64,000 nucleotides of DNA from Abditibacteriaceae bacterium. Lineage in GTDB: Bacteria > Armatimonadota > Abditibacteriia > Abditibacteriales > Abditibacteriaceae. The stretch is taken from contig OZ255721.1 in the NCBI GenBank assembly GCA_965277285.1, positions 480,001-544,000 of the forward strand, read 5' to 3'. The position numbers and the translations under genes are program-made. The notes below the pieces were generated by a model. The model did no database searches. It was not told where the DNA came from and saw nothing but the letters and a program-made list of their open reading frames with translations. This document shows positions 39,520 to 50,684 of the stretch, one piece after another. Position 1 is the first letter of the stretch. Each line of letters opens with the position of its first letter.

Positions 39520-41940
39520 ATGACGGAAATGGCGACTTCGGAGATTGAGCCGGCAGCGTATCGCGCGCCTTCGTGGGAAATGGGCGCGCGCTATTTCGCG
39601 GCTTACGCGTGCATGACAATTGCAGTAACGGCGGCCTGGCCCTTGTTGCAAGCGCCGTTCGGCCCGATCTTGTTGTTGTTGCTGGGCGTGGGCTTGCCGC
39701 TTTCCCTGTGGTTGCGCTTCAACGGCGTGCGCTTCAAAGGACGACCGATCAACCGCCTGATGCTGAGCAGCATCATCATGCTGGCAACGTTTGTGTTATC
39801 GGCGGCTTTCATCAGTGCCACTGTTGGTTTTGCCGTGTTCAGCGGCGGAATTTTGCGTGCCCTGGCCATCTTCACCGCAGGTCGTTCCGTCGAATTGATG
39901 GTCGGCGTGTTTCTCATCTTCGGCGTTTCGCGCTGCTTGTTCCTGCTGACCGATAAAGACGCGTTTCTCTGCACGCTGCCTTCCTTCGCGGTTTTGTTCT
40001 TATTGATCGTGGTACAGCGAGAACCCGTTATCGTGCTGGATTTTATTGGCTGGACTTTGATGACGGCGACTTTGCTGGCGCTTGATCATCGGCACGAATC
40101 GCGGCGTGGCCTGAGTGGTTTCGTAACGGCGAACGTGCCCGGGCAGGACGTGAAACTTTCGGCGCGCTCGCTGGCGACGATCCTGGTGATTTCCCTGTCT
40201 TGCTCGGTCGCGCTTTCTTACACGCTGGCGGCGGGCAATCCGAACAATCGCAGCGCCTTTGAAACGTTTATGCGCATTATCGTTGGTGGATTGAGCAATG
40301 TTAGCAGTGACTCCGGTGACAACCCGGATGTGGCAACGCAAACCCAGCCGCAAAGCTTGATCGACTATCGTTCCGGGCCGCCTTTGCCGACGCGAACCGT
40401 GTTATGGAAAATGGGCGCGCGCTTGGTGCCGCGTATCGCGGCGCGGCGCCATCAAAGCGTGGAAGGGACGCCATTTTTCCCGTCTTACTGGCGCTTGTCC
40501 AGCCTGGCGCGCTATGATGGCGCGGCTTGGTCACAGGGCAGCGGCGTGTCATCATTGCGTCCGGTTGCCGCGCGCCCCGATAACGCAAAGTCGGACACCG
40601 ATCATCAAATTCGCTTATACGATTTGCGCAGCAATCGCACGCCAGCACAAAAGAAACAAAAATTTTATGAGGCGCCACTAATGCCGGGGCAGGTTCGCAT
40701 CGCGCAAATTCTTTCGCCAATGATGTCAGGGAGTGGTTCGGTTCCGCTGCCTTTGTTGCCGAATGCAAAATTTGTCTGGCTGGGCCGCACCGATAACGCT
40801 AATTTGCGTGTTAATCAGGAAGGCGCGGTAACATTATCTGAAACTCACTTAAACCGCGAAATTCTCATCTTCAGCGATGTGACGCCCGTTCCCGAATATG
40901 GTGGAGGCGCCGAGTTGCACAGCGGCCTGATCCACTTAAACCCCAACTTGAAATTGAGCGCCAGCGAACGCGCCATGTATCTGCAATTGCCTAAAATGCC
41001 GCGTCGAGTACTCGAATTGGCGCGCCGCCTGGCGGGAAACGATCCCAGCCCATTACGCCGCGCTGAAAGTCTGGAATTGGCCTTGCCGACAATGGCGACT
41101 TACACGTTGCGTCCGCCAGATTTGCCGGACGACCGCGACGCGACCGATTTTTTCCTGTTCGACAGCAAGCGCGGATATTGTACGCACTTCGCGGGCGCTC
41201 TCACCGTGTTGTGCCGTGAAATCGGCATTCCCGCGCGCGTCGTTTCGGGTTTCGCCAATGTCGAGCGCGAAGTGAATGAAGATGGGCGACCAACAGGCAG
41301 AGCCATCGCGCGCAGCTCGAATGCGCACGCTTGGACAGAAATCTGGCTGGACGGAATCGGCTGGATTCCTTTGGATGCGACGCCCGCCGACGACCGAGGC
41401 GACAATTCGCCGACCGTCTGGGGCGACCTCAGCGACCGTTTTTCGTCCGCTATGGTCGCTTTATGGGTTTCGATGCAGGCCCATCGCGCGCTATATTTCG
41501 GCGGCGCGACTTTGCTTTTAATCGTCGCATCAGCCGGCTTTTTAGTCACGCGTCGCTTGCATGAACGCAACCTCGCACGCGGCCTGGCGCGACGGTTATT
41601 TGGTGGGCGACTGGTCGGAAAGCGTGGTGAAAAGGCAGAAGAATCACCTGAATGGCGCGAAGATTTGGCGACGCGCGCCACGATTTTTTCGGTTTATCGC
41701 AAAGCCTCGAAAGTTCTGGCGCGCCGTTTTCGTCCGCGTGCCTACTGGCAAACACCGCACGACTGGTTGCAGGAAGCGCAAAGCGAACTGCCCGATGTGG
41801 ATCTGACGCCGCTGCAGACACTCACCGATTTGCACCGCCGCGCGATGTATAACCCGCAGCTTTTCAGCGAAACCGAACGCGAGCGCGTCCGCGAAATCCA
41901 AACCGAAATCAAGCGACACAAATACGTCGCCGTTAAATAA
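39520..41940 (+). CDS. membrane transglutaminase-like protein (TgpA/DUF3488 type)
   Basis: N-terminal TMs, YWR...YDG..W, triad GYCTHFA / HAWTE / LDATP. Confidence 0.92.
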   Translation: MTEMATSEIEPAAYRAPSWEMGARYFAAYACMTIAVTAAWPLLQAPFGPILLLLLGVGLPLSLWLRFNGVRFKGRPINRLMLSSIIMLATFVLSAAFISATVGFAVFSGGILRALAIFTAGRSVELMVGVFLIFGVSRCLFLLTDKDAFLCTLPSFAVLFLLIVVQREPVIVLDFIGWTLMTATLLALDHRHESRRGLSGFVTANVPGQDVKLSARSLATILVISLSCSVALSYTLAAGNPNNRSAFETFMRIIVGGLSNVSSDSGDNPDVATQTQPQSLIDYRSGPPLPTRTVLWKMGARLVPRIAARRHQSVEGTPFFPSYWRLSSLARYDGAAWSQGSGVSSLRPVAARPDNAKSDTDHQIRLYDLRSNRTPAQKKQKFYEAPLMPGQVRIAQILSPMMSGSGSVPLPLLPNAKFVWLGRTDNANLRVNQEGAVTLSETHLNREILIFSDVTPVPEYGGGAELHSGLIHLNPNLKLSASERAMYLQLPKMPRRVLELARRLAGNDPSPLRRAESLELALPTMATYTLRPPDLPDDRDATDFFLFDSKRGYCTHFAGALTVLCREIGIPARVVSGFANVEREVNEDGRPTGRAIARSSNAHAWTEIWLDGIGWIPLDATPADDRGDNSPTVWGDLSDRFSSAMVALWVSMQAHRALYFGGATLLLIVASAGFLVTRRLHERNLARGLARRLFGGRLVGKRGEKAEESPEWREDLATRATIFSVYRKASKVLARRFRPRAYWQTPHDWLQEAQSELPDVDLTPLQTLTDLHRRAMYNPQLFSETERERVREIQTEIKRHKYVAVK

Positions 41941-42072
41941 CGAAAGCGCCACAATCTCGTACTGGATTGTGGCGCTCTTGATGTTGCAGAGAAGATGTTG
42001 CAGAGAAGGACATAATCAATGCACCGGATAGTGCGCGATGTCCGCAAGCTAATTTTTGCAATTCGCGCCCTG

Positions 42073-42368
42073 TCAGCTTGCTGGTTTAGATGGTTCAAAG
42101 AGCCATTTGTTTTGCTCTTCATCCCAACGGGCGTCCATGTAGCATTTGCGGTTTTCACCAAAAAAGCCAACGAAAGCAAGTCAATATCCTGAACTGGAAA
42201 TAGAAAAGGTTCTTCGGGTGCCAGCGGCCCGCCGCCGGCAAAACAAAGGTTGTTATCCTCAATGTCGAGAGGATAACCTTCGTAATATTCACCGTTTTTT
42301 AGAGAAAGCGCGCACCGGCTTTCAGCAATTGCACGAAACTCTTCGAGAATCGTTTTCGCATCTTTCAC
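42073..42368 (-). pseudogene. small hypothetical gene with an apparent frameshift in a T6 run
   Basis: GGAGG + GTG 42368; one extra T at 42160-42165 gives a 98-aa ORF ending ...CYMDARWDEEQNKWLFEPSKPAS. Confidence 0.5.
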
Positions 42369-42389
42369 GATCTGCCTCCGTTCTAACTT

Positions 42390-42424
42390 AAAGCGCCGCA
42401 ATCGAGTACTCGATACGGCGCTTT
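42390..42424 (-). terminator. hairpin terminator after carB half-gene, centred on the 12-bp palindrome
   Basis: AAAGCGCCG-CA-ATCGAGTACTCGAT-A-CGGCGCTTT. Confidence 0.7.
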
Positions 42425-42436
42425 GCGTGTCTTAAA

Positions 42437-44083
42437 CTACTCGGTTTCCAGTTCGTAGCATGAATAGTAATACGGCGTTTCGGCCTCGAACTCGGCGGCG
42501 CACGTATCCACCATTTTGTAGACCGGCACGATGCCGAAACCTTTGCGGCGTTCGCGGATGACTTTGGGCTTGATGCCGGTCAGTTCGCCGATGTGTTGAT
42601 CGTTGAAGCCCAGCTTCTTGGCGCGTAGCAGCAAATCGCGCGATAAATCGTCCAACGTTTTGCCGCGCAGCGTTTGTTCCATCGTGATCAGTTTTTGAAT
42701 CTTGTGCAGAAACCAGCGGTCGATGCGCGAATGTTGATGGATTTCGTCGATCATCATGCCGCGACGCAGCGCTTCGGCGACCACAAAAATGCGCTCGTCC
42801 GTCGGCACGCGCAAACCTTCCTCAATTTCCATTTCCGTCAGTTGCGACGTGCCTTTGCCGCGCAAACCCAAGACGCCGATTTCAAGACTGCGCAAGGCTT
42901 TCATTAAGGCGCCTTCAAAACTGCGGTCGATGCTCATCACTTCGCCGGTCGCTTTCATTTGCGTCGTGACGCGGCGGTCTGAACCGCTGAATTTGTCGAA
43001 TGGCCAGCGCGGAATCTTCACCACGACGTAATCCAAAGCTGGCTCGAAGCACGCCAGAGTTTTTCCCGTGACGGCGTTTGGAATTTCGTCCAAGTGATAG
43101 CCGATGGCGATTTTCGCCGCCACGCGCGCAATCGGATAACCCGTCGCTTTGCTTGCCAGAGCCGACGAGCGTGAAACGCGCGGATTGACTTCGATCACGA
43201 AATACTGCGAAGAATGCGGGTCGAGCGACAATTGAACGTTGCAGCCGCCTTCGATTCCCAGCGCGCGAATGATGTCGAGCGAAGCTGTGCGCAACATTTG
43301 ATATTCTTTGTCGGAAAGAGTTTGGCTGGGCGCGACAACGATGGAATCGCCGGTATGAACGCCCATCGGGTCGAAGTTTTCCATGTTGCAAATCGTGATC
43401 GCCGTGTCGTTGGCGTCGCGCATCACTTCATATTCGACTTCCTTCCAGCCGACCAGATAACGCTCCAGCAGAATCTGGTGAATTAGCGAACGATCAATTC
43501 CCGAGCGCACAAACTGGTCAAATTGCGCATCGTTCCACGCGATGCCGCCGCCGGTTCCGCCCAGCGTATAAGCCGGACGAATAATCAGAGGATACGGATT
43601 TTTGTCGCGGAACTCGCGCGCCTGCTCGAAGTTTTCGCAGACCACGCTTTCGGGAACCGGCTGCCCGATCTCCTTCATCAGGTTTTTGAACAGGTCGCGG
43701 TCTTCGGCTTTCTTGATCGAGTCGAGCGGCGTGCCCAACAATTTCACGTTGTGACGCTCGAGGACTCCGGCTTCAGCCAGTTTATAGGCCAAATTCAAAC
43801 CGGTTTGCCCACCCAAACTTGGCAGCAAACCGTCCGGTTTTTCTTTGGCGATGACTTGTTCGATGAAGCCGACAGTCAGCGGTTCGATGTAAACGGCGTC
43901 GGCAGTTTCGGCATCGGTCATAATCGTCGCCGGATTGGAGTTGACGAGCACGACGCTAACGCCTTCTTCGCGCAAACTGGCGCAGGCCTGGGTTCCCGCA
44001 TAATCGAATTCGGCGGCCTGACCGATAATGATCGGCCCGCTTCCAATGACGAGGACTTTTTTGATGTCAGTTCTTTTAGGCAT
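42437..44083 (-). CDS. carB: carbamoyl-phosphate synthase large subunit, N-terminal half only (548 aa)
   Basis: [64 protein letters not shown], ends [23 protein letters not shown]. Confidence 0.95.
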   Translation of the reverse strand: MPKRTDIKKVLVIGSGPIIIGQAAEFDYAGTQACASLREEGVSVVLVNSNPATIMTDAETADAVYIEPLTVGFIEQVIAKEKPDGLLPSLGGQTGLNLAYKLAEAGVLERHNVKLLGTPLDSIKKAEDRDLFKNLMKEIGQPVPESVVCENFEQAREFRDKNPYPLIIRPAYTLGGTGGGIAWNDAQFDQFVRSGIDRSLIHQILLERYLVGWKEVEYEVMRDANDTAITICNMENFDPMGVHTGDSIVVAPSQTLSDKEYQMLRTASLDIIRALGIEGGCNVQLSLDPHSSQYFVIEVNPRVSRSSALASKATGYPIARVAAKIAIGYHLDEIPNAVTGKTLACFEPALDYVVVKIPRWPFDKFSGSDRRVTTQMKATGEVMSIDRSFEGALMKALRSLEIGVLGLRGKGTSQLTEMEIEEGLRVPTDERIFVVAEALRRGMMIDEIHQHSRIDRWFLHKIQKLITMEQTLRGKTLDDLSRDLLLRAKKLGFNDQHIGELTGIKPKVIRERRKGFGIVPVYKMVDTCAAEFEAETPYYYSCYELETE

Positions 44084-44192
44084 TTGATTTTAACTTTTGA
44101 TATTCGAGTACTCGAAGCGAGCTTTTGAGATAACAGCGCAGAACAGCCGCAACAATTTTAGCAGTTTCGCGCCCGACGTAAAGAAATTCCTT

Positions 44193-44756
44193 TTATATTG
44201 CTTCGTCTTCTGGTCGCACGCGATTGGGACGGGACGCACGCGCAACTGAAAGCGACGAGGCGGGAAGTTCGTTCGTATTGTCGAAAGTTTGTGCGGCGTT
44301 CGCGGAGTTTTCCGCCTTCGTTGTGCGGCGATCCAGTTCTTCGTCGCAGCGGCGCCAATCGCCATCGTCGGAGCCTTCCGCGAAATCTTCGGCGCGGTCG
44401 TCTTCATCGCGTTTGTTTTCATCGCGCCCGAAATCGTTGCGCCCGAAATTGTTGATTTCCGTTTGATCCATTGCGGCCTGGCGCGTGGCATACGATTCCC
44501 AGCCGTTGGTTTCTTCGGCGTGTTCTTCCGGCGCGTTGGGCAGCGCGGCGTTTCGAGTACTCGATGTCGCGGAATTGGGACGACGTAAGGGTTCATCGTC
44601 GTCCAACAAATTGAACTGGCTTTGCAGATTGTTCTTCATGCGATTCAATTCGCGCACGCCGCGCCCCAATTGACGCGCCAGGTCGGGCAATTTGTCCGGC
44701 CCGAACAACAACAAAACCAACACCAAAATCACTAAAATTTCGCCGCCGCTGGGCAT
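44193..44756 (-). CDS. twin-arginine translocase TatA/TatB family subunit
   Basis: GEILVILVLVLLLFGPDKLPDLARQLGRGVREL plus long acidic tail. Confidence 0.88.
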   Translation of the reverse strand: MPSGGEILVILVLVLLLFGPDKLPDLARQLGRGVRELNRMKNNLQSQFNLLDDDEPLRRPNSATSSTRNAALPNAPEEHAEETNGWESYATRQAAMDQTEINNFGRNDFGRDENKRDEDDRAEDFAEGSDDGDWRRCDEELDRRTTKAENSANAAQTFDNTNELPASSLSVARASRPNRVRPEDEAI

Positions 44757-44820
44757 AATTTATTTCCTTTTAATTTGAAACTGCTGGCAAAGTTCATTGA
44801 AACATCACTGTCTGGCAATT

Positions 44821-45006
44821 GGAAGTTTGTCATTTTGAGAGGTTGTGAACAAAGTCCTAAAAACGCTTAAAAGTGGAAGTTTGTCATTCTGAGCGAAGCG
44901 AAGAATCTAATTACAGTTAGATTCTTCGCTGCACTCAGAATGACAAACTTCCAATTCTCAACGATATTTGCTACTTCGCAAACTAATTCTTAGAAATGAC
45001 AAACCT
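44821..45006. repeat. family D inverted repeat copy 2 with nested outer arms
   Basis: inner GGAAGTTTGTCATTCTGAG...CTCAGAATGACAAACTTCC (44875-44952); outer partial arms at 44821 and ~44990. Confidence 0.8.
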
Positions 45007-45026
45007 ATTTGCAAGAAATTTTCTTT

Positions 45027-46271
45027 TTAGTTTGTGATAATCTGCGCCTGCAAAATGTCACCGGCTTGGACTTGCATAATTTCTGCGGGAACAACCAAAA
45101 GAGCGTTGGCATTTGTCATCGTCGATAAACGTCCGCTGCCTTGCTCGCCTTGCATGCGCGCCGTCCAATCGCCATTCGTGTCACGTTCAACCCAAGCGCG
45201 CGCGAATTCCACGCGGTCTGGCGAAGAACGGAAACTATCGAGTACTCGAACCGCAAGCTGCAAACGCTCGAAGTTCGTCCGGCCTTGCAATTTCAAAACG
45301 CACGGACGTACAAATTGCTCCCACGCGACCATCACGGAAACCGGATTGCCCGGCAAACCGAAAACCGGAAGCGTCCGCTGGTTCTCATCGCGCGTGGCGA
45401 ACATGACGGGTTTGCCAGGTTTCATGGCAATTTTCCAAAAATGAACGTCGGCGACTTCCGGCAAAACATCGCGCACCACGTCGAAATCGCCCGCTGAAAC
45501 GCCGCCTGAAGTCACCACGATGTCGCAAAGCTGAAACATCGCCAGCAACTTTTCGCGCAATATCTGTGCGTCGTCGCCGACTTTACAATGTTCGACAACA
45601 ATTGCGCCACATTCCTGCGCCAGAGCGCGCAACGTCCACGAATTGGAATCGCGGATTTGTCCCGCGCTTAATACGTCTTCTGTCCCAACAATTTCATCGC
45701 CCGTCGTAATAATTCCCAGTCGCGGACGCGGGAAAACTTCGACTTGCGCGTAACCCAAACTCGCCAGCATTCCCCATTGCGCGGCGCCAATCAATGTGCC
45801 ACGCGGAATTACAGTTTCGCCGCTGCGCACATCCGAACCACGACGCCGAATGTTCTGGCCGCGTTGCGCTTCTTCGAGGATTTGCACTATTCCTTTTGCT
45901 GCAACGCCGTCTTCGACAGTTTCTTCGCGCATGACGACGGCATCAGCAGTTGCGGGAACGGGCGCGCCAGTCATAATTTTGACGCACTTTCCGCTCGTAA
46001 TCGAGTACTCGATGGCGCTTCCCGCCGCGACCGTACCCAGAACTTCCAGCGAAAGCGGATTTGTGGTTGAAGCGGCGCGCGTATCGTCGGCGCGCAGTGC
46101 GTAACCGTCCATTGAGGAGTTATCGAAAGGCGGCAAATCATCGCGCGCGACGACATCTTGCGCCAGCGTCAAGCCCAGAACATCCGCATGATTTTTTGAA
46201 ATCGGATTCAAAGGCGCGCTGTGGGAAAGCACGATGTGGCGCGCTTCGTCGGGCGAAAGAAGAAGTTTCAT
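45027..46271 (-). CDS. moeA: molybdopterin molybdotransferase
   Basis: PPFDNSSMDGYA, IMTGAPVP, TTGDE, SGGVSAGDFD, MKPGKP, GLPGNPVS. Confidence 0.97.
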   Translation of the reverse strand: MKLLLSPDEARHIVLSHSAPLNPISKNHADVLGLTLAQDVVARDDLPPFDNSSMDGYALRADDTRAASTTNPLSLEVLGTVAAGSAIEYSITSGKCVKIMTGAPVPATADAVVMREETVEDGVAAKGIVQILEEAQRGQNIRRRGSDVRSGETVIPRGTLIGAAQWGMLASLGYAQVEVFPRPRLGIITTGDEIVGTEDVLSAGQIRDSNSWTLRALAQECGAIVVEHCKVGDDAQILREKLLAMFQLCDIVVTSGGVSAGDFDVVRDVLPEVADVHFWKIAMKPGKPVMFATRDENQRTLPVFGLPGNPVSVMVAWEQFVRPCVLKLQGRTNFERLQLAVRVLDSFRSSPDRVEFARAWVERDTNGDWTARMQGEQGSGRLSTMTNANALLVVPAEIMQVQAGDILQAQIITN

Positions 46272-46464
46272 GCGCGCTTCAGTTTAACGGCTCGCAGTGC
46301 GTTCGTATCACAAGGGAAGATCAGGAAACGAGAAATTAACAATTCGGCAACGATTGCATAACGCACGCGCTTTAAGATCATAGCAGTTTCGATTTTTCAG
46401 ACCTGCACTTTTCTTCAAGATTCGCCGCGATAATGACTATCGGCGATTTCTGTTTCCCACTTTC

Positions 46465-47382
46465 ATGGCCAAACGAGCGCCGCGCGACCTTCCACCAAAT
46501 GCGACTGACGACTTGGCTCGGGAAACGGAATCGTCGCGCGCCAATTTCAGCGGACGGCGCGTGCTGGCTTTTGAAAGTCGTCATGCGGCGCAAATGCAGC
46601 GCTTAATCGAAAGTTACGGTGGTGCAGCGACGGTTGTTCCTACGCTGCGCGAAGTCGCTTTGCGCGACCCGTCAGTTCCTCAATTCGTGCGCGACTTGCA
46701 GGAAAATCGCGTCGATTTCGCCATCTTTACAACGGGCAGCGGCGTGCGAATGCTGGCCGCGCAAATCGAAGCCGAAACGCCGCGCGAGCTTTGGCTTCCC
46801 GCCTTGAAACGCGTTCCCGTCATCGCGCGCGGCGTGAAAACGATGGCTGCTTTGCGTGAATTAGAAATCCCCGTCACCTTGATCACGCCGTCGCCGCACA
46901 CATGGCACGAACTGATTCTGGCTCTCGACGCGCATCACGACCTTTCTGTGGCGCGCCGCAATGTCGTTTTGCAGGAATACGGCACGCCCAATCGCGCGCT
47001 TTCTCGCGCTTTGATGACACGCGGCGCCCTTGTTTCGCGCCTGCTGATCTACCAATGGGCGTTGCCCGAAGACACCACGCTGCTTCTAAGCGCCATCAAC
47101 GACATTATCGAAGACCGTTACGACCTGACTTTGTGGACAAACGGCGCACAAGTCTGGCACTTATTTCAACTCGCTTATCATCACGGCATCGAAAGCGAAC
47201 TGCGCCAAGCCATGCAGCGCCTAACCGTTGCGTCCATCGGCCCGGCGTGCAGCGAAGCTCTCCGCGAATGGGAAGTCACGCCAACTTTGGAACCATTGCA
47301 ACCGCGCATGGCCGATTTAGTACGCGCCGCCGCGCTTTTTTCCACCGCGCCAGCCTTCAACTCAAGCGAACTCGAAGGGTGA
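46465..47382 (+). CDS. hemD: uroporphyrinogen-III synthase
   Basis: ESRHAAQM..LIE.YGG, FTTGSG, ARGVKT, QEYG, YQWALPED, SIGPACSEAL. Confidence 0.88.
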   Translation: MAKRAPRDLPPNATDDLARETESSRANFSGRRVLAFESRHAAQMQRLIESYGGAATVVPTLREVALRDPSVPQFVRDLQENRVDFAIFTTGSGVRMLAAQIEAETPRELWLPALKRVPVIARGVKTMAALRELEIPVTLITPSPHTWHELILALDAHHDLSVARRNVVLQEYGTPNRALSRALMTRGALVSRLLIYQWALPEDTTLLLSAINDIIEDRYDLTLWTNGAQVWHLFQLAYHHGIESELRQAMQRLTVASIGPACSEALREWEVTPTLEPLQPRMADLVRAAALFSTAPAFNSSELEG

Positions 47383-47598
47383 TCGTCAGATGCTCACAAT
47401 CGAGTACTCGATGTCGCTTTGTGTCAGCTCTTGTGGAAGTTATGCGGCATCGCCCATTTCGACATAAATCGACGGAAATTTCTGTTACACCTTGCCCCTT
47501 GTAAGCGACGAAACTTTCGATTAAAGTTAATTCCGACAGAACTACTCGGGATTGATTTCGTTGGGCTTAAACGTCCGCTAAACGCGAGGCTTTTTATT

Positions 47599-47877
47599 AT
47601 GTTGAGGCGCTGGTTTGGAAACAATGGACGTGACGAACACGCCGAGCACGAACTGCATTGCACGTCGTTGTGCTGTGCGCGCAATGGTCAGTGTGCGCGC
47701 GTTCTCGACTTGATAAACGATTGCGATGAAGCGGCGCGTTTGCGCGATCTGGGATTGCACGAAGGCGCCAAAGTCACGGTTTTGCGGCACGGCGACCCGA
47801 TGGTGGTGCGCGTCGATGACACGCGTTTTGGCATTGCGCGCAAAGCGGCGGAAAAAGTCTTGTGCGAGTTGTTGTAA
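47599..47877 (+). CDS. feoA: ferrous iron transport protein A (first copy)
   Basis: RLRDLGLHEGAKVTVLRHGDPMVVRVDDTRFGI; start uncertain. Confidence 0.85.
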   Translation: MLRRWFGNNGRDEHAEHELHCTSLCCARNGQCARVLDLINDCDEAARLRDLGLHEGAKVTVLRHGDPMVVRVDDTRFGIARKAAEKVLCELL

Positions 47878-47886
47878 TTTCCTCTT

Positions 47887-48117
47887 ATGCGCACAACTTT
47901 GGATCAATTGAAGCTAGGCGATGAAGCGACGGTTGTGGAAATGGGCGGCGAAGATGAAACCGTCGAGCGCTTGATGGAACTGGGCTTGACCGAAGGCACA
48001 TCGCTGAAGTTGCAAAAGTTCGCGCCGCTGGGCGATCCTCTCGAAATCGTAACGCGTGGTTATCATCTTTCGCTGCGTCGCCACGAAGCCGCCGCCATTG
48101 TTGTTGAGAAAAAATAA
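47887..48117 (+). CDS. feoA: ferrous iron transport protein A (second copy)
   Basis: RLMELGLTEG...APLGDPLEIVTRGYHLSLRRHEA. Confidence 0.95.
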   Translation: MRTTLDQLKLGDEATVVEMGGEDETVERLMELGLTEGTSLKLQKFAPLGDPLEIVTRGYHLSLRRHEAAAIVVEKK

Positions 48118-48225
48118 AACCGCTGTTCTTGAAAGGATGAAACCTGAGAATTGAAACCTGAAATCGAGTACTCGAAACGCTCTTTTTCTGATTTCAAGGT
48201 TCGGGTTTCATCCTTTTTTATTCCG

Positions 48226-48377
48226 GTAATGACTTGAGTAACGTGATAAATCGAACCTATCAAAGAACCCTGAGCGTAAGCGACGGGTGAAACATAAAAG
48301 TTTCGTTCTCCGTTACGTTTCACCCGTCGCTTACGCTCAGGGTTCTTTCCATCGACTCACTTGATTGGGTCATTGAC
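48226..48377 (+). repeat. family A element, copy 3, between feoA and feoB
   Basis: arms AAAGAACCCTGAGCGTAAGCGACGGGTGAAAC; flanks ATCGAACCTAT and CCATCGACTCAC shared with copies 1 and 2. Confidence 0.8.
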
Positions 48378-48388
48378 ACTTATTTATT

Positions 48389-50668
48389 ATGGCCACTGTT
48401 TCACCTGTTAATTCTTCCTCGTCGCGCGTGTCAGTTGCAGCGGCGACGCGTCGCATCGCTTTGGCGGGCAACCCGAACGCGGGGAAAACGACGCTCTTCA
48501 ATGCTTTGACCGGAATGCGCCAGAAAGTCGGCAATTATCCAGGCGTCACGGTCGAGAAAAAAGAAGGGCGCTGCGTTTTGCCCAGCGGCGAAGCGACGAT
48601 TCTCGATTTGCCAGGAACTTATTCGCTGTCGCCCAAATCGCCCGATGAAGAAATCGCGCGCGATGTTTTGCTGGGCTTGCGCGCCGACACGCCGGTTCCC
48701 GATGTGGTTGTCGTTGTCGTGGATGCGTCCAATCTCGAGCGCAACCTTTATCTGGCGACGCAGGTTTTGGAACTCGGCATCCCGACGATTGTGGCCTTAA
48801 ATATGAGCGATGTGGCGCGCGCCAATGGCAAGCCGGTTGATGCTCAAAGTCTCAGTCGTGCATTGGGCGCGCCTGTTGTTGAACTGGTCGCGTCGCGCGG
48901 CGCGGGCTTGGATGTTCTGCGGCACGCTTTGTCACAAACAATTGCGGTTCCGCAGCCGCCTTCGCTTAAACTTCCCGAAAAAGCCGAAATTGCGCGCCAA
49001 ACGCTGTCTCGAGTACTCGAAGCCTCGTTCAACGGCGACGCAGAAAACGAAGTTTCATCGCGGGCGAAGGGAATCGCTTTGCGCTTGTTGTGCGGCAACA
49101 TTCCACTGGAAACTTTGCGTCGCACCTTTGGGCCGATTGTGGCCGAAGCGACCGAAGAAGCGCGCGCCATTTGCGAAGTTTCGGTTGCGCGCCTGGGCGC
49201 GATGGAAGCCCAATCGCGCTATGTCGAACTGAGCGAAATCGCCAAAAACGTGGTGCTGCGCCCGCAAGAAGAACTGTCGCGCTCGCTGTCCGATAAGTTG
49301 GACGCCGTTTTGACGCACAAAATCTGGGGCATGGCGATTTTTGCGCTGATTACGCTGCTTGTTTTTCAAGCGATTTTTTCGTGGGCAAACGTGCCGATGA
49401 ATTGGATCAACAACGGCGCGACGGCGCTGGGTAACTGGGTGACGACGCACATGGCGGCAGGGCCGTTGCGCGATTTGCTGGTCAATGGCGTCATCGCGGG
49501 CGTCGGCGCTGTCCTGGTTTTTCTGCCACAAATTTTGATATTGTTCTTCTTCATCGGTTTGTTGGAAGATACGGGTTATATGGCGCGCGCCGCGTTTTTA
49601 ATGGACAGAGCGATGAGTCGCGTCGGGCTTCACGGGCGCGCTTTCATTCCGCTGATGAGCAGTTTCGCGTGCGCGATTCCGGGCATCATGGCGACGCGCA
49701 CGATTTCCAACCGCCGCGACCGCATGACGACGATTCTCATCGCGCCTTTGATGACGTGTTCGGCGCGACTTCCGGTTTACACCTTGATGATTGCGACGTT
49801 TATTCCCGCACGCGCGTTGTGGGGCGTTCATCTCGGCGGACACTTTTTCGGATTAACTTTGCCCGCTGCGATCATGTTCGGCTTGTATCTGGGCGGAATG
49901 ATGGCGGCGATGGCGGCGGCGTGGGTTTTCAAGAAAACGCTTTTCAAAGGCCCGCCTCCCGCCTTGATGATGGAATTGCCGCCCTATAAAATCCCCGCCT
50001 GGCGCAACATCGTGGTGACGATGTGGGACAGGGCTTCGATGTTCCTCAAGCGCGCCGGAACCGTCATTTTGGCGATTTCGGTTGTGCTGTGGTTCATGTT
50101 GTCCTATCCAAAATTGGGCGCCAATGAACAATCGCAAGCCATCCGCGATTTCGCTGCGACGCCAAGTGCGATTTCGACCAATCGAGTACTCGATAATGCT
50201 TCAGCATTGACGTCTGCGCAGCGCGATGAAATCCTGGCAGCGGCGCAACTTCGTCATTCGTTCGCTGGACAAATCGGGCGCGTGGTTGAACCAGCGATTG
50301 CGCCTCTGGGTTTCAACTGGAAAATTGGCATTGGACTTATCGGCGCGATGTCGGCGCGCGAAGTTTTCGTCTCCACGATGGGCACGGTTTACAGCGTGGC
50401 GGATGCTGACGAAACATCCAAAGGCTTGAAAAGCGCGATGTATCATGACAAATGGCCGGACGGACGACCAGTTTGGACGCCTTTAGTCGCGGTTTCATTG
50501 TTGATTTATTTCGTCTTGGCGATGCAATGTATGTCAACTTTGGCTGTTGTGCGCCGCGAAACCAATAGCTGGACATGGCCGCTTTTTATGCAGGTTTACA
50601 TGACGGCGCTGGCTTGGTTCGCCTCGTTCGCGGTTTACCAAATCGGGCGCATGATGGGTTGGGGCTGA
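48389..50668 (+). CDS. feoB: ferrous iron transport protein B
   Basis: [52 protein letters not shown]. Confidence 0.98.
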   Translation: MATVSPVNSSSSRVSVAAATRRIALAGNPNAGKTTLFNALTGMRQKVGNYPGVTVEKKEGRCVLPSGEATILDLPGTYSLSPKSPDEEIARDVLLGLRADTPVPDVVVVVVDASNLERNLYLATQVLELGIPTIVALNMSDVARANGKPVDAQSLSRALGAPVVELVASRGAGLDVLRHALSQTIAVPQPPSLKLPEKAEIARQTLSRVLEASFNGDAENEVSSRAKGIALRLLCGNIPLETLRRTFGPIVAEATEEARAICEVSVARLGAMEAQSRYVELSEIAKNVVLRPQEELSRSLSDKLDAVLTHKIWGMAIFALITLLVFQAIFSWANVPMNWINNGATALGNWVTTHMAAGPLRDLLVNGVIAGVGAVLVFLPQILILFFFIGLLEDTGYMARAAFLMDRAMSRVGLHGRAFIPLMSSFACAIPGIMATRTISNRRDRMTTILIAPLMTCSARLPVYTLMIATFIPARALWGVHLGGHFFGLTLPAAIMFGLYLGGMMAAMAAAWVFKKTLFKGPPPALMMELPPYKIPAWRNIVVTMWDRASMFLKRAGTVILAISVVLWFMLSYPKLGANEQSQAIRDFAATPSAISTNRVLDNASALTSAQRDEILAAAQLRHSFAGQIGRVVEPAIAPLGFNWKIGIGLIGAMSAREVFVSTMGTVYSVADADETSKGLKSAMYHDKWPDGRPVWTPLVAVSLLIYFVLAMQCMSTLAVVRRETNSWTWPLFMQVYMTALAWFASFAVYQIGRMMGWG

Positions 50669-50684
50669 AGCTGTGATAAACATC

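Noticed and set aside
47400..47600. Fur or DtxR box upstream of feoA
   Set aside because: AT-rich patches are present but there is no convincing match to either consensus.
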